Positions 40,802-53,840 of a DNA stretch of 64,000 bases are shown here, piece by piece. The DNA lies in contig OZ024741.1 in the NCBI GenBank assembly GCA_964016885.1, positions 26,908,001 to 26,972,000 of the forward strand, in the 5' to 3' direction. How positions within the stretch are numbered: position 1 is the first letter of the stretch; each line of letters opens with the position of its first letter. This DNA is from Eledone cirrhosa (taxonomy: Eukaryota). The translations under genes and the position numbers were made by a program. The notes under the pieces were generated by a model. It saw nothing but the letters and a program-made list of their open reading frames with translations. It did no database searches and was not told the DNA's origin.

Positions 40802-41989
40802 ATTTATATATATATATATTTATATATATATATATATTTATAAATATATATATTTATAAATATATATATATATTTATAAATATATATATTTATATATATA
40901 TATATATTTATAAATATATATATTTATAAATATATATATTTATGGTTACGTATATAATAAAACCTTTTATGGTTATATATTTTTTATATATAAACCCCAA
41001 ATAGTGAAAGATAGTCATTCATTACTATCTTATTACCAGTAAGATAAATAGCTCAATGTAATAACATCAGTTGTTTTACAAAGCAGTTATATAGAGATTA
41101 CAATAATCAAAGTTCTGTTTAAATCATTTATTTGCTTACAATTGTTTCCTCCAAACCGAGGTTTGGATTCTTCGGAGCAACTATTTAGTGATCTATAACA
41201 TACTTGACCTCCTTTTCAACACAAGAGACATATAAAAACATAAGCATATATTGACCCACAGTGGGTTGACATCCATCATAATGATATAGCATGGCAATTC
41301 ACATATAAAGGTTAAAGGATTAAAATTAAAATTAAAATAAAAATTAAAATAAAACATTGGCAGTTTATGAAGATAAAGCAAGAGGAAAGTTTATTGTAGT
41401 CAGTGTATGAAACAATCTCACGTGTGGCATGCATGCGTGTCTCATTTATACAGGATTAGAGTGCGGCAGATTGTTACTTGTAGAATCAGGCAGTTAAAGC
41501 AGGCAATCAATAGTATTATGTGGGCCGTATTGTTAAATCATTTTTTCGCATACACCTGTACGATATACAATCCCGAATGTAGAGAAACACCAAAATATCA
41601 AAAATATCAAACATATTATAAAAGAGGCAAAACAGCACCACTGTCTTCGCACACACCACCACTCACACAATCCATGAAACGCAATATATAGACTATAGGT
41701 CTATCACACAATCCACGATGATTCAGCATTGGGTGTCTGGAGAACCAAGTTATAAACCATATCTTGTCGTTTCTTAATTTGATTAATAGATCAGGTTGTT
41801 TTAGTTGTGTGAGATGACATTGTATTATATTCCGGAAGTGTGTGTGTGACTAAGGGGAGTTAATGCGTAAAGGGAGTTAATGCGTAAGGGGAGGTAACTA
41901 GCTGATTTTCATAGTTAAATTTATTATCCTAAATTACATTAATGGTGTTTCAAATGAGTCCCTAACATATGAGGTTATAACCAATTTCT

Positions 41990-42655
41990 AAATTAGGTTA
42001 CTTATCTATAAATTACATGTAGTCTATTAAGATGTACTAAAGGTGTTCATATCAGGATGATTACCTTCTATTATGGAGTGCCACACCTGAACATTCTATA
42101 AGAAGAGTCAGACCTCCAAATCAATGATCTTTGTAAGTGTAGTCCACCCGCAGAACCTGGCAGGGTCTTATTACTATATATGACTCCCGGTAAGCCCTGG
42201 GTCACATTATGTCTGAATCCTTGGCAAATTTAAATATCACCAGGGTGGTCCGGAGATCAATTCTCTCATATAAAGACACTAATCTGGCCCTCATGCAATA
42301 CATAAACTCCCAACTCATATATAAATTAGGTTTCTTATCTATAAATTACAGTGTAGTCTATTAAGAAGTACTAAAGGTGTTCATATCAGGATGATTACCT
42401 TCTATTATGGAGTGCCACACCTGAACAATCTATAAGAAGAGTCAGACCTCCAAATCAATGATCTTTGTAAGTGTAGTCCACCCACAGAACCTGGCAGGGT
42501 CTTATTACTATATATGACTCCCAGTAAGCTCTGGGTTATTGTATGTCTGAATCCTTGGCAAATTTCAATATCACCAGGGTGGTCCGGAGATCAATTCTCT
42601 CATAGAAAGACACTAATCTGGCCATCAAGCAATACAGAAACTCCTAACCCATATA
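41990..42655. repeat. 333-bp direct duplication in the PLE 3' region
   Basis: AATTAGG at 41991 and 42324, followed by long identity. Confidence 0.85.
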
Positions 42656-43014
42656 TCACCTGTACAAAATTCATTGTACTCAGCATATAGAATATATAGT
42701 CCCTTTAATAATAAATTAATTACTTAATCATCTATCTATCCTATGGTGGCACTCCATGCACAGGACTATGTTAGCACAACCAATACAGTGCCTACAGTTT
42801 ACATTAATCATATATTTGTGCAATGTAGTCCAAGTAATTCAAGGCCAATATATCAAAAGTAGAAGTACATGGGGGTATCTCCAGGGTAAAAGGTACTATA
42901 AGGGTGCCACTATTTGCGTTAGAGTGTATATATGGGTGTGGAGATGAGGTGTAAGGTGTGCCACTGATGCCAATTGCTAGAGGTGGTGACGGGTTCAAGT
43001 CTGACATTGTTATA

Positions 43015-44200
43015 TATAGGGTTTAAAGTTTTGGAAAGAGTGTCGGAAGTGGTGTTGGCAAGATGCGAACACTTCTGATTTTTTATTAAGGAGATTATGG
43101 TTAGAGAAGATGATAGTATGGGTCTCTAGTAGACAGAGGTTACAAAATTTATTAGGTGGTTTGTACGATGTCGCATTACCTACTACTTCCCATTTAAGTG
43201 TATATAGCTTATTTTTAGTTTTTAGATAGTGTATGTAGCTAGATAGTGAAGTGGAGTGTGTTTTTTGAAAGAGTTGAGGTGCGAATTGTATCTAGTTTTA
43301 AAGCAGTTAGAAGTAGAGCCTATATAGGTTTCAGGAGAGTTGTTAGTTGTGACTGTGCATGAGTATATGATATCCTTGGTTAAGCATTTTTTATCTAAAG
43401 GGCAGGTTCTATTTGATCTACAGTTACAATTATTCTGGGTGTTAGTCTGCCGGTTAATATGCTGTGTAGAAGTCTGGATGTTGGCTATAGGGTTATGGTT
43501 ATGTGGGTTGCCGTTCTCAGCGTTATTGTTTACACTAGAACTAATACTATTATTTCTATTGATATTAGGGTTAGTTGCTATAATGTTATTTTGAATGTTA
43601 TTTTGAAGGTTTATCGTCTGTTGTGATTTAGTTTGTTGGAAGTAAGAATTAATTTTTCTTTTATTGCTACTAGCTATGTGGTATGCTAAGTTAGGCGTAG
43701 TAGAGTATGAGATTTTAATAGTGTTTTTGTTTAAAAGGCTATGGTACTTGTGGCCGGATGGGAAGTTTTTATCTAGTAGTGAGAAGAAAGCCCTAGGTAG
43801 GTTGGTAGAGACGTTTAGATTGAAAGGAGGGTTGAAAAATGTATTATTTCTTCTTCTATTTCTGTTTTTTATGTCTGGTGATTTGTTTCCTTTTATGGTA
43901 CTATGGTAATTTCTGTGGTGTGGGATACTTTTGTTGGTATCATCCCTATTAGTGTGTGTGTGGTTGCTATTCTTATTACTAAATTTTCTCATGAACATGT
44001 TGTGCGAAATAATGTTGTAGCTATGCGTTTTTGTAGGTAGAAACTCGACCTCTATATTATGGCCTGATCTAGCTAATGCCTGATTATAATATTGCGAGTT
44101 TTTGTTAAATATGTTTACGTCATAGGATAGATTAGAGATTCTATTAGATACTCCCTTAGAGATAGAGTTTAATATAGATCTAGGGTGGTTATTTTTAATA
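43015..44200 (-). pseudogene. PLE ORF C-terminus (RT thumb, linker, GIY-YIG)
   Basis: HPRSIL..ALARSG, FFNPPF, KISYS, CNCRSNRTCPL..C..IIY..YIGST..FKTRYNSH, CNLC. Confidence 0.9.
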
Positions 44201-44380
44201 TAGATCTAGGGTGGTTATTTTTATTTTTATTTTAATTTTAATCCTTTAACCTTTATATGTAAATTGCCATGCTATATCATTATGATGGATGTCAACCCAC
44301 TGTGGGTCAATATATGCATATGTTTTTATATGTCTCTTGTGTTGAAAAGGAGGTCAAGTATGTTATAGATCACTAAATAG

Positions 44381-44429
44381 TTGCTCCGAAGAATCCAAAC
44401 CTCGGTTTGGAGGAAACAATTGTAAGCAA
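44381..44429 (+). ncRNA. pLTR hammerhead with CCGAAGA (U4C) core; inverted copy at 41132-41180
   Basis: TTGCT-CCGAAGA-A-TCCAAAC-ctcg-GTTTGGA-G-GAAA-CAATTG-TA-AGCAA. Confidence 0.75.
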
Positions 44430-44519
44430 ATAAATGATTTAAACTGAACTTTGATTATTGTAATCTCTATATATTTATATATATTTATATATATATATAT
44501 TTATAAATATATATATTTA

Positions 44520-44670
44520 TATACGATATTAAACAAATGGAAACTATATTTATAAAACCATATTTATTTCATTATACATATTTAAGGGATACAATATTAA
44601 AAATATGGCATGCCTTCGTCAGATAAAATACAATATATAAACAGTTTTATAAATAATTTTGACGTACCAT
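44520..44670 (-). mobile_element. Family C pLTR fragment with degenerate hammerhead at 44565-44630 (G12 lost)
   Basis: Homology to 28235-28372. CTGACGA core, but TAAA in place of GAAA. Confidence 0.7.
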
Positions 44671-44735
44671 ATATTTACTTGTTGTAACCCAACAATTTTA
44701 AATAAAACCTTTGCATATATTTATATATATATATT

Positions 44736-44768
<33 letters not shown>

Positions 44769-44816
44769 TTATATATATATATATATATATAAATATATAT
44801 ATATATAAATAAATAT

Positions 44817-44847
<31 letters not shown>

Positions 44848-44850
44848 AAT

Positions 44851-44938
<88 letters not shown>

Positions 44939-45057
44939 ATTTATATATTTATATATATATATATTTATATATATATTTATATATTTATATATTTATATAT
45001 ATATGTATTTATATATATATATATTTATATATATATATATTTATAAATGTATATATT

Positions 45058-45096
<39 letters not shown>

Positions 45097-45112
45097 ATAT
45101 ATTTATATATAT

Positions 45113-45145
<33 letters not shown>

Positions 45146-45190
45146 ATTTATATATATATATATTTATATATATATTTATATATATATATT

Positions 45191-45287
<97 letters not shown>

Positions 45288-45302
45288 TTATATATATATA
45301 TT

Positions 45303-45373
<71 letters not shown>

Positions 45374-45433
45374 AACACTAACGTACATTTTGGTAGATTT
45401 ATCTACATATTTATATATATATATATATCTACA

Positions 45434-45492
<59 letters not shown>

Positions 45493-45521
45493 TTATATAT
45501 ACATATCTATATATATATATT

Positions 45522-45553
<32 letters not shown>

Positions 45554-45559
45554 AAATAT

Positions 45560-45598
45560 CACCTACGTACGTATCGCCCAGTTGGGCTTCTCAAGGGC
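45560..45598 (-). ncRNA. Degenerate hammerhead candidate with U3-A8 core
   Basis: Reverse complement: CC-TTGAGAA-GCCC-aact-GGGC-GATA-CGTACG-TA-GG. Confidence 0.45.
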
Positions 45599-45619
45599 AT
45601 AAATAATCAAGTGTTCCTT

Positions 45620-46403
45620 ATATGCAAATTAGGCTGCTCAGCCGTTAATTTTCATAAGGAAAGTATATACTTTCGGACGTTCAACCATCTGGCAGAAAGG
45701 TATACGGTACTGACGATAGCTAATAAGCTTGAAACTAGTACATCGTTCCTGTGTCAGTGTTGAACAAAAAGGTGACGTGGTTGCCTAAACACTGTACGGC
45801 GTAATTCAGGCTGTTTGTTTGTTTACAAACGAACAAACCGAGCATTATAATAAATGTTCGGTAAACTGATACGTGCATATATATATGTGTGCCTGTATGT
45901 ATATATATACATGCTACTGTACGTCTGTATACATATATGTATGTACGTATACATACATACTTACATTTAAGTAAGTGCCGTACTAAGAATGAGAAATGAA
46001 ATTTCGTTTCATTCTATTCCATTTATCGTTTTCGGTGCGCCTGGCCGACAGAACTCACTCGATATGCAAATTAGGCTGCTCAGCCGTTAATTTTCATAAG
46101 GAAAGAATATACTTTCGGACGTTCAACCATCTGGCAGAAAGGTATACGGTGCTGACGATAGCTAATAAGCTTGAAACTAGTACATCGTTCCTGTGTCAGT
46201 GTTGAACAAAAAGGTGACGTGTTGCCTAAACACCGTACGGCGTAATTCAGGCTGTTTGTTTGTTTACAAACGAACAAACCGAGCATTATAATAAATGTTC
46301 GGTAAACTGATACGTGCATATATATGTGTGCCTGTATGTATATATATATACATGCTACTGTACGTCTGTATACATATATGTATGTACGTATACATACATA
46401 CTT
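45620..46403 (+). mobile_element. Family B subfamily array (442-bp period, ~1.8 copies); hammerheads at 45704-45746 and 46146-46188
   Basis: Homology to 33133-35127, with CTGACGA cores. Confidence 0.87.
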
Positions 46404-46408
46404 ATATT

Positions 46409-46465
<57 letters not shown>

Positions 46466-46482
46466 ATATATTTATATATATT

Positions 46483-46583
<101 letters not shown>

Positions 46584-46624
46584 ATATATTTATATATATA
46601 CATATATATATATTTATATATATA

Positions 46625-47700
46625 TTATTCAGAATAATAATAAATGAAGACATTCACATAATCAAAATATATGTTTTATCTATATATATAAAACTGAGGT
46701 TGTCTGTCTGTCTGTCTACTAAAACAGTTGGCACACATCTCCAAAACCGTACGTTAAAATTTTGGTGAAATTGCTACACTTATAGATGAAAATTCGGCGG
46801 AGATATCGGTCAAAAAAATGTTCAACTCGACCGACGCCAAGTGCAAAAATCGAATTTGTAATGTATTGATTTTTCAGTTCAAATGTATAAATAGAGATGA
46901 GAGACGAGTTATTTCCCTTTTATGGCGTCATTCTGTCTATCTATTTACGTTACGAATATACGACGCGTAAAAAAGTACAAGAATACGCGAACAGTTTTCG
47001 GACCAGCAAAATTTTAACCTGCAAAATTCATGAGGTCGAAGTTTCAACATTAAGCTTCCATTTTGCTTCATTTCCATTAAAAAGTCTATTAAAACAATAT
47101 TTTTACTTGAAAACACGCCTATTTGAATACACCGTAAAACAAGCCAATATTTTGTAAAAAAAAAAAAAGCATTGATCTCGAATAAAGCCTTATGAGATTT
47201 TCATTTAGAAGCAATGATTTTAAACGACAGACAGATAACGCATTTTTTTTTTTTTCATGTCCATCCAATTTCTTTGTTTCAAAATAACCGATTGTTTGGT
47301 CATACTGATGTTTTTCTCTGAGACAAGTGTTGCAGTGTTTACATTTTCGATTTTTGTTAATAGATTACCAGTGCAGTTTTTATCCCCAGCATTCTCTTTT
47401 GTTTTAACATTCGGGTTATGGTTATGTTTTCTTAACTTCATAAGGCATACTGTTGGTTGAGGGAATATTAATCAAAAGTACCACATGAAAGTCTACACTG
47501 TAGACTCTACAGTTTTTAAGCCAAGAAAGGAACTTAACATAGTAACTTTAACACAGCTACTGAGCAGCCCCGAGCAACGCCGGACTTTACTGCTAGTTAT
47601 ATATATTTCGAAGGTACTGTACTGTTTTTTCAGTACATCCTCGTCAGATAAAATACATGAATTGATGTATGACATACCTCAATGGTCTTGATAGTTCAAT
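46625..47700 (-). mobile_element. pLTR with hammerhead (family E) split by a Helitron; partial inverted copy at 49157-49235
   Basis: Joining 46678 to 47597 restores TTTTAT-CTGACGA..GAAA-TATATA-TA-ATAAAA on the minus strand. Confidence 0.75.
46679..47596 (+). mobile_element. Non-autonomous Helitron
   Basis: 5' TC, early (GTCT)n, subterminal GC hairpin at ~47568-47583, 3' CTAG, inserted at A|T with no TSD. Confidence 0.82.
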
Positions 47701-48365
47701 TCCAGTATTGGCAGTGATTTATTACAACAAATCTCAACATTTATATACCACAAATAATAATATGATAAACTTAAATTTAAAGAAGAAGAGGATGTGGAGC
47801 GAGATATGGGTGTATGGAGGGGGTGAATATGAGGAAATGCAAGAAGAAAATAAATAAATACATACATAAATATTTAAATTAGTAAATATAAGTATTAGGA
47901 AAGAAATATATAAAAGGAAAAAGGAAGAGAGAGAGAAGAAATAACGACAAATATTTTCAAATATTAAGTCAAATTGAGGCAACCAATTAAATAACATGAA
48001 ATTTTTAATATCTGTTGTATTTGGTTATGTTTAAGCTAATTATACTTATATATTATATCAAATTAAACAATATAAAAATATTTTCTATTGCCATCAGGTA
48101 CATAGTTTAATTAAGTAATATATTCATTAAATATTTTGTTACAATATTTAAAATATTTAAAAGCATATTTAAATAATTATTAAATATGTATAAGGATATT
48201 TATTAAAACATATGCATATATCACCATCAGTATATATATTTTATTTTATATTATATTAAGATCATTTATTATCTGAATTATTTTATTTTCTTTATCAAAT
48301 CATTTCAATTCATTACAGGATTAATTTGTAGTTATATTTATTCTCAAAAGTTTTATTATTTCGAA

Positions 48366-48600
48366 TTGAGGAAAAAATTGGGGGAAAAAATAAGGACTAG
48401 ATCTATAATTTGGTATGCTCTGCCAGCATCTTTAGCTATTAAAACACCTGTCGCACATTTATTTTTTAAAGCCTTGGATAACTGCTTCCCTAGATCACAT
48501 AAGTATTATTATGATGATGATGATTACTCTATCTTCAATAGACACACAGTTAAACTCTTATTGAACAACTATGAATATTGCTCAAAATATAGCAACTTAT
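48366..48600 (+). pseudogene. Degraded PLE linker fragment
   Basis: RSIIWY..P..FFKALDNCFPRSHKY..IFNRHTVK aligns with 43700-43860 and 50780-50940. Confidence 0.65.
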
Positions 48601-49230
48601 TCGCATATCACCATCGGTATATGCATTTTATATAATGTTTAGAATTATTATCTGAATTATTCTTTTTACATTATAAACAGTTCAATTCATTAGTTGTCAT
48701 TTACTTATAGGATTAATAAGTAGTTATATTTACTCTTGAAAGTATTATTATTTCGATTTTAATTCCGTAACTATATCATATATAGTTTCCCTTTAAGGAT
48801 TAATATTAAACAGTATAAATCATGTTAAATATACATTATTAATCCATTTGGATAGAACGAAAATTATATACGAAGAATGTAAACAAAGGAAGGTAATCCG
48901 TACAACGTATGTGATCATTTATATTAACTAAGTGCTTTGAAAACCAGAAGATATTTCAAACCGCAAATTCAGAAAATTCTAGTTATACAATGACCATTCT
49001 AAAACCGAACTTAGGATACTGAATCACATCATGAGATTAATTTACTATATAAAAAAAAAAACGATATACAATTTTTAAGGTAAGGCAAAACATTATATAT
49101 ATAATAATAATAATATTTCAAGAATTATTAATAATAGTCAATATTTTTCTTCTTAGTCAGTACCTCCGAAATATATATATAATAAAACATATATTTTGAT
49201 TATGTGAACGTCTTCATTTATTAATATTTG

Positions 49231-49269
<39 letters not shown>

Positions 49270-49272
<3 letters not shown>

Positions 49273-50975
49273 AAGATAGTTATAATAGTTCCATATATTT
49301 TATTATACGTATTTCGAATACAAAATCATCCTGCGACAGATGTCTTCAGATAAAAAATAAGGTACAATGATAGGAGGCATAATAGCACTTGTTTATAGGA
49401 TAGTGCTAAGTCTACATATGACAGAAATATATGTGTTAATACTATAGTAAGAAATAGATAGGAAAAGAGAAGAAAAGGAAAGAAGAGAAAAAAGGAAAAA
49501 GAAAAAGAAGAAAAAAAGCAAGAAAAGACAGAGAGATCAGGAACGCTGTCAAATTGAACGGTTAGAAAATAAATTGATGAGGTATATGTGCGAATATTAT
49601 AGAAAGTATTCAAATATTAGAGGTCTAAATATAGAAACTGTATATTATTATATATTTTACTAAAAATTGGTTTAAGAAGTGTAAAAATATATTAATAAAA
49701 TAAATATAAGATTTTTATAAAATAAAATAAAAGTAGTCTATGTCAAAGTTAATAATTTCTAGTAAAAATAAATATGTGGGGTATACTATTTAATTTTTAT
49801 TTTATATCATCAAGTAAATAAAGGAAATTGCTAGAAGGATTTATAAACGTAGAAAACACAGAGAAAATCTATTATAATATGACGTCATCTTTTGTTTACA
49901 AAATCTACGAAGGTTTGAGTGAACATCTAAGGCTATAGAAAAGAAGATCAAAGGCTTAATATATAATGAGAAAACCAAAATAATACATTGTAGAATATAA
50001 TGAAAGGTGTGTAAAGATGACCGTGACTCGTGGAATATGTTATAGGACATCAGCTATATACTCTGTGAAAGGTCTTGTAGGACTTATGATTACAAAGTCC
50101 AAATAAATCGGTTCTTCGATTTATTATTGTGTTGAAATTCGAGATAATGGTAAATTTTTCAGCTAGACAAATTGAAAACACTAGATATGGAAGCATTGGA
50201 GTATGGATAAGCGTTGTAGATTTTACGCCAAGAAATTTCGTAATTTATGTTTTTGTCTTTTTAAGGACTAAATAAGTTCTGAGAGTGCGGTGCTGGTCCT
50301 TTTAAGTGGAGATTTAAATGTAGGAGAATGATTATAGAATCTTGCTTTTAAGGAGGTGGAAGTAGAGCCAATGTAGGTATAGGTATTGGTACTAGTTACC
50401 ACTTTACATTCGTATACTAGGTTTTTATCAAGACAGAAATTACTAAGAAGACAATTAGTTCTAATAGGGCAGTTGCATTTACGATTAAGATTATTTACAG
50501 AGTTATTGGCAAGTGGCCCAGGATTAATTATATTAGCATCAGGAGTGGTGGAATTAACTAAAGGAGGTGCTAAAGTTTCTAGATTTACATTACTATTTGA
50601 TGCATTCCTCAAAGTTACGTTTGACGTCGTATTTATACTTGTGTTATTTTGCCTACTGTTTACATTGACATCGGGCCTTTTAGTGTTATTACTATGACTC
50701 TCATGGTTGGATGCATATGAGTTATTATTTAATATTTTAGAATTATGTCTTGAGATAATTTTTGAAAAATTCGAAGTAGTAGAATACGAGAATTTAATAG
50801 TATGCCTATTGAAAATCTTGCTATATATAATTGAAGGAGGGAAGCTGTTATGTAAAGCCCTAAAATATAATTTAGGGGTATTATTAATAACGGAAAGAGA
50901 GAAGGGAGCGTTGTACCAAAGGATATTTTTACATCTAGGTCTCCTCCTTTTGTTAGCAGTATGATTATTACTAAC
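49270..50975 (-). mobile_element. 5'-truncated Penelope-like element (GIY-YIG remnant ~50040-50975; hammerhead 49298-49355)
   Basis: CNCPIRTNCLL..C..LVY..YIGST..KARFYNH. Reverse complement TTTTAT-CTGAAGA..GAAA-TACGTA-TA-ATAAAA. Confidence 0.82.
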
Positions 50976-51065
50976 TACTACGCATATATATATATTGCTG
51001 AGATTTCTCTGTTGTTATTCTGAGTTGTATAGCCTGCCATTGATAATGCAAACATAAGTGTGTGC

Positions 51066-51104
<39 letters not shown>

Positions 51105-51519
51105 AAGATCAAAATATGGTTAAAGGAGTTCCATATATTTTATTATGCGCATTTCAAAAACAAACATCATCAAGCAATAATATTTGTGTTTTCATCAGAT
51201 AAAACAGGAGAACATGATATGAAGGCTAAAAAACACTTGTTGATAGTGCAGTTTTAAATCAACATATGAAAAGTGGTTTTAGATTGATGTGTGATATTGG
51301 GAAAAATATTTTATTTAGAGAGGGGGGGAAAAGGATGAGAAGGGAAGGAGATGAGAGGGAGAGATGGGTGATAGAGAGAAAGAGATAGTTTTTATAACTG
51401 AGAGGAGATATATTTTTTTTATATAGAGGGGTTGAAAACCGTTGGAAGATACTGTATAAATTAAAAATTTTGAAAATTAACGAAGGGGGGATATGTGCGA
51501 GGAAAAAATATTAAATACT

Positions 51520-52188
51520 AAATCTCTTCCTTCCAATATTGAATTTCATAATAACAGTAATAGTACTCCCGACGTCATTGTAAACCCTAGGCTAACTTCT
51601 GTAAACCCAAATACAACGTCAAACACAACTTCGCTAAATGTTCATAATCCAACTCTAAATCAAGAAACTATTATTCCTATTATTCCTATCGCAAACTACT
51701 TCTCCAATCCAATTCCTTCTATAGATAACACTAGATCACTCATTAATAATCTCTCTAATTGCAACTGCCGCATTAAAAATAAATGTCCTCTCAACAACCA
51801 TTGCCTCGATAAAAACTTAATTTATGAATGTAAAATTATAACTAGCACCAATTCCTTCACCTATTTTGGCTCCACTTCCACCTCTTTTAAAGCTCGTCTC
51901 TATAATCATCATTCATCTTTCAAATACAAACTTAAAAGAACTAACACTGCTCTCTCAGAACTCATATGGTCCTTAAAAGACAAAAACATTAAATATAGCA
52001 TCTTTTGGAAAAAGATTTCTTCTGCATCCTCATACTTGAACAGCTCTCTATCTAAAATCTGTAATCTCTGCCTAAATGAAAAATTTACCATTATCTCTAA
52101 CCTAGAATCCATAATAAATAGACGCTCAGATTTGTTTTCTATCTGCCTCCATAAATTCCATAGAACTTTTCACAAAGTATACAGTTAA
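51520..52188 (+). pseudogene. PLE GIY-YIG endonuclease domain (open frame, 5'-truncated)
   Basis: CNCRIKNKCPLNNHC..LIY..YFGST..FKARLYNH..TALS..W..CNLCLNEK..NRR..CLH. Confidence 0.9.
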
Positions 52189-53167
52189 TATTCAATTCTT
52201 TATCAATTTAGAATCTTTTCTCAAAGGCACATATACATACACCTCTTTAAAATATACCCATCTACCTTACTTTAAAGGGCATTATACACTCTATAATACT
52301 CGTTTACTCATTACCCTCATTCTATCTTCTCGTAAAACAATAACATTTGTTTTTGACATTTTGAATATTCATCCGCAATCATTATTATTTTTTCTCTCTA
52401 TCATAAATCTTTTTAATCTCAATTTCATCCTTAATTTATTATTATTTTTTTCTCCCCATCAACGAACTCATTATTAATACATATGAATTCAATATACAAA
52501 CTTTAACTTCACATTATTTTTCTCAAATCCTTCTACACATAAACCTTAACATTTCTCTCTTTGCTAATTTTGAAATTGCCACAATACATACATTTCTTCT
52601 TTTGACGTTAGAATATTCACCCACAATTATTATTTTTTCTCTCTATCTTCATACATAATTTCCCTTCGTTAATTTTTAAATTCCTTTAATTTATACATTA
52701 TCTTCCAACGGTTCCCAACCTCTCTATATTAAAACAATATATCTTTTTCTCAGTTATAAAAACTATCTCTTTCTCTCTATCACCCATCTCTCCCTCTCCA
52801 CCTTCACTCTCATCTCCTCCCCCTTTTTTTCATCCTTCCCCCCCCCCTCCCTAAATAAAATATTTTTTCCTCGCACATATCCCCCCTTCGTTAATTTTCA
52901 AAATTTTTAATTTATACAGTATCTTCCAACGGTTTTCAACCCCTCTATATAAAAAAAATATATCTCCTCTCAGTTATAAAAACTATCTCTTTCTCTCTAT
53001 CACCCATCTCTCCCTCTCATCTCCTTCCCTTCTCATCCTTTCCCCCCCCCTCTCTAAATAAAATATTTTTCCCAATATAACACATCAATCTAAAACCACT
53101 TTTCATATGTTGATTTAAAACTGCACTATCAACAAGTGTTTTTTAGCCTTCATATCATGTTCTCCTG

Positions 53168-53234
53168 TTTTATCTGATGAAAACACAAATATTATTGCTT
53201 GATGATGTTTGTTTTTGAAATGCGCATAATAAAA
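53168..53234 (+). ncRNA. pLTR hammerhead; inverted copy at 51138-51204
   Basis: TTTTAT-CTGATGA-AAAC..GTTTTT-GAAA-TGCGCA-TA-ATAAAA. Confidence 0.82.
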
Positions 53235-53357
53235 TATATGGAACTCCTTTAACCATCTTTTGATCTTATATTATGCATACTCCAGTCCCACAAACTGTAG
53301 AGTGCTTCTTATCCGATATCTGCATTGCTTTATTGTACTACAATAAAACTCACCTCC

Positions 53358-53418
<61 letters not shown>

Positions 53419-53487
53419 GGAAAAAATGAAACGAAATTTCATTTCTCACTCTTAGTACGGCTGTTACTTAAATATAAGTATGTATAC

Positions 53488-53777
53488 TGTTGTATGGACT
53501 GGGAATCGAACTCACAACCTCATTGTTGTATGGACTGTTAAATTCGTTTTATTCAATTTACACGTGCTCACACATTTGCATATGAATCACGTGACCTGGG
53601 CAGTCAGTCAGCGTTGGTATTAAAAACTCGGTCACAGACTGCTGCTGTCACTTACTTTATGTTATTCTGCTACTGTGAGGAGGGGCGTTTTGGTTGTTTC
53701 GTACAATACACAAATTATTTGATATTATTGATATAACTCGTTGTGTTTTCTCTGCGAGTACCGAGAGGAATACAACA
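53488..53777 (+). repeat. 5' LTR
   Basis: TGTTGTAT..ATACAACA, near-identical to 58106-58392. Confidence 0.95.
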
Positions 53778-53785
53778 GAGTTTAT

Positions 53786-53803
53786 TGGCGTCGCCGATAG
53801 GAT
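53786..53803 (+). promoter_or_regulatory. Primer-binding site (tRNA-Ser-like)
   Basis: TGGCGTCGCCGATAGGAT just 3' of the LTR. Confidence 0.7.
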
Positions 53804-53840
53804 TTACCTACATTGCCGGGAAATTGTTTATCATAAAAAC

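Larger units (their letters stand above)
41090..44470 (-). mobile_element. 5'-truncated Penelope-like element with inverted pLTR at 44216-44470
   Basis: RT-thumb/linker/GIY-YIG fragment and ~1.9-kb 3' region. 41092-41350 is the reverse complement of 44216-44470. Confidence 0.88.
51101..53360 (+). mobile_element. 5'-truncated Penelope-like element with inverted pLTR at 51101-51510
   Basis: 51101-51510 is the reverse complement of 52860-53270. GIY-YIG ORF present. Confidence 0.88.

Noticed and set aside
41990-42655. 333-bp repeat as a duplicated 111-codon domain
   Set aside because: The frames I read contain stops and the ORF track shows nothing here
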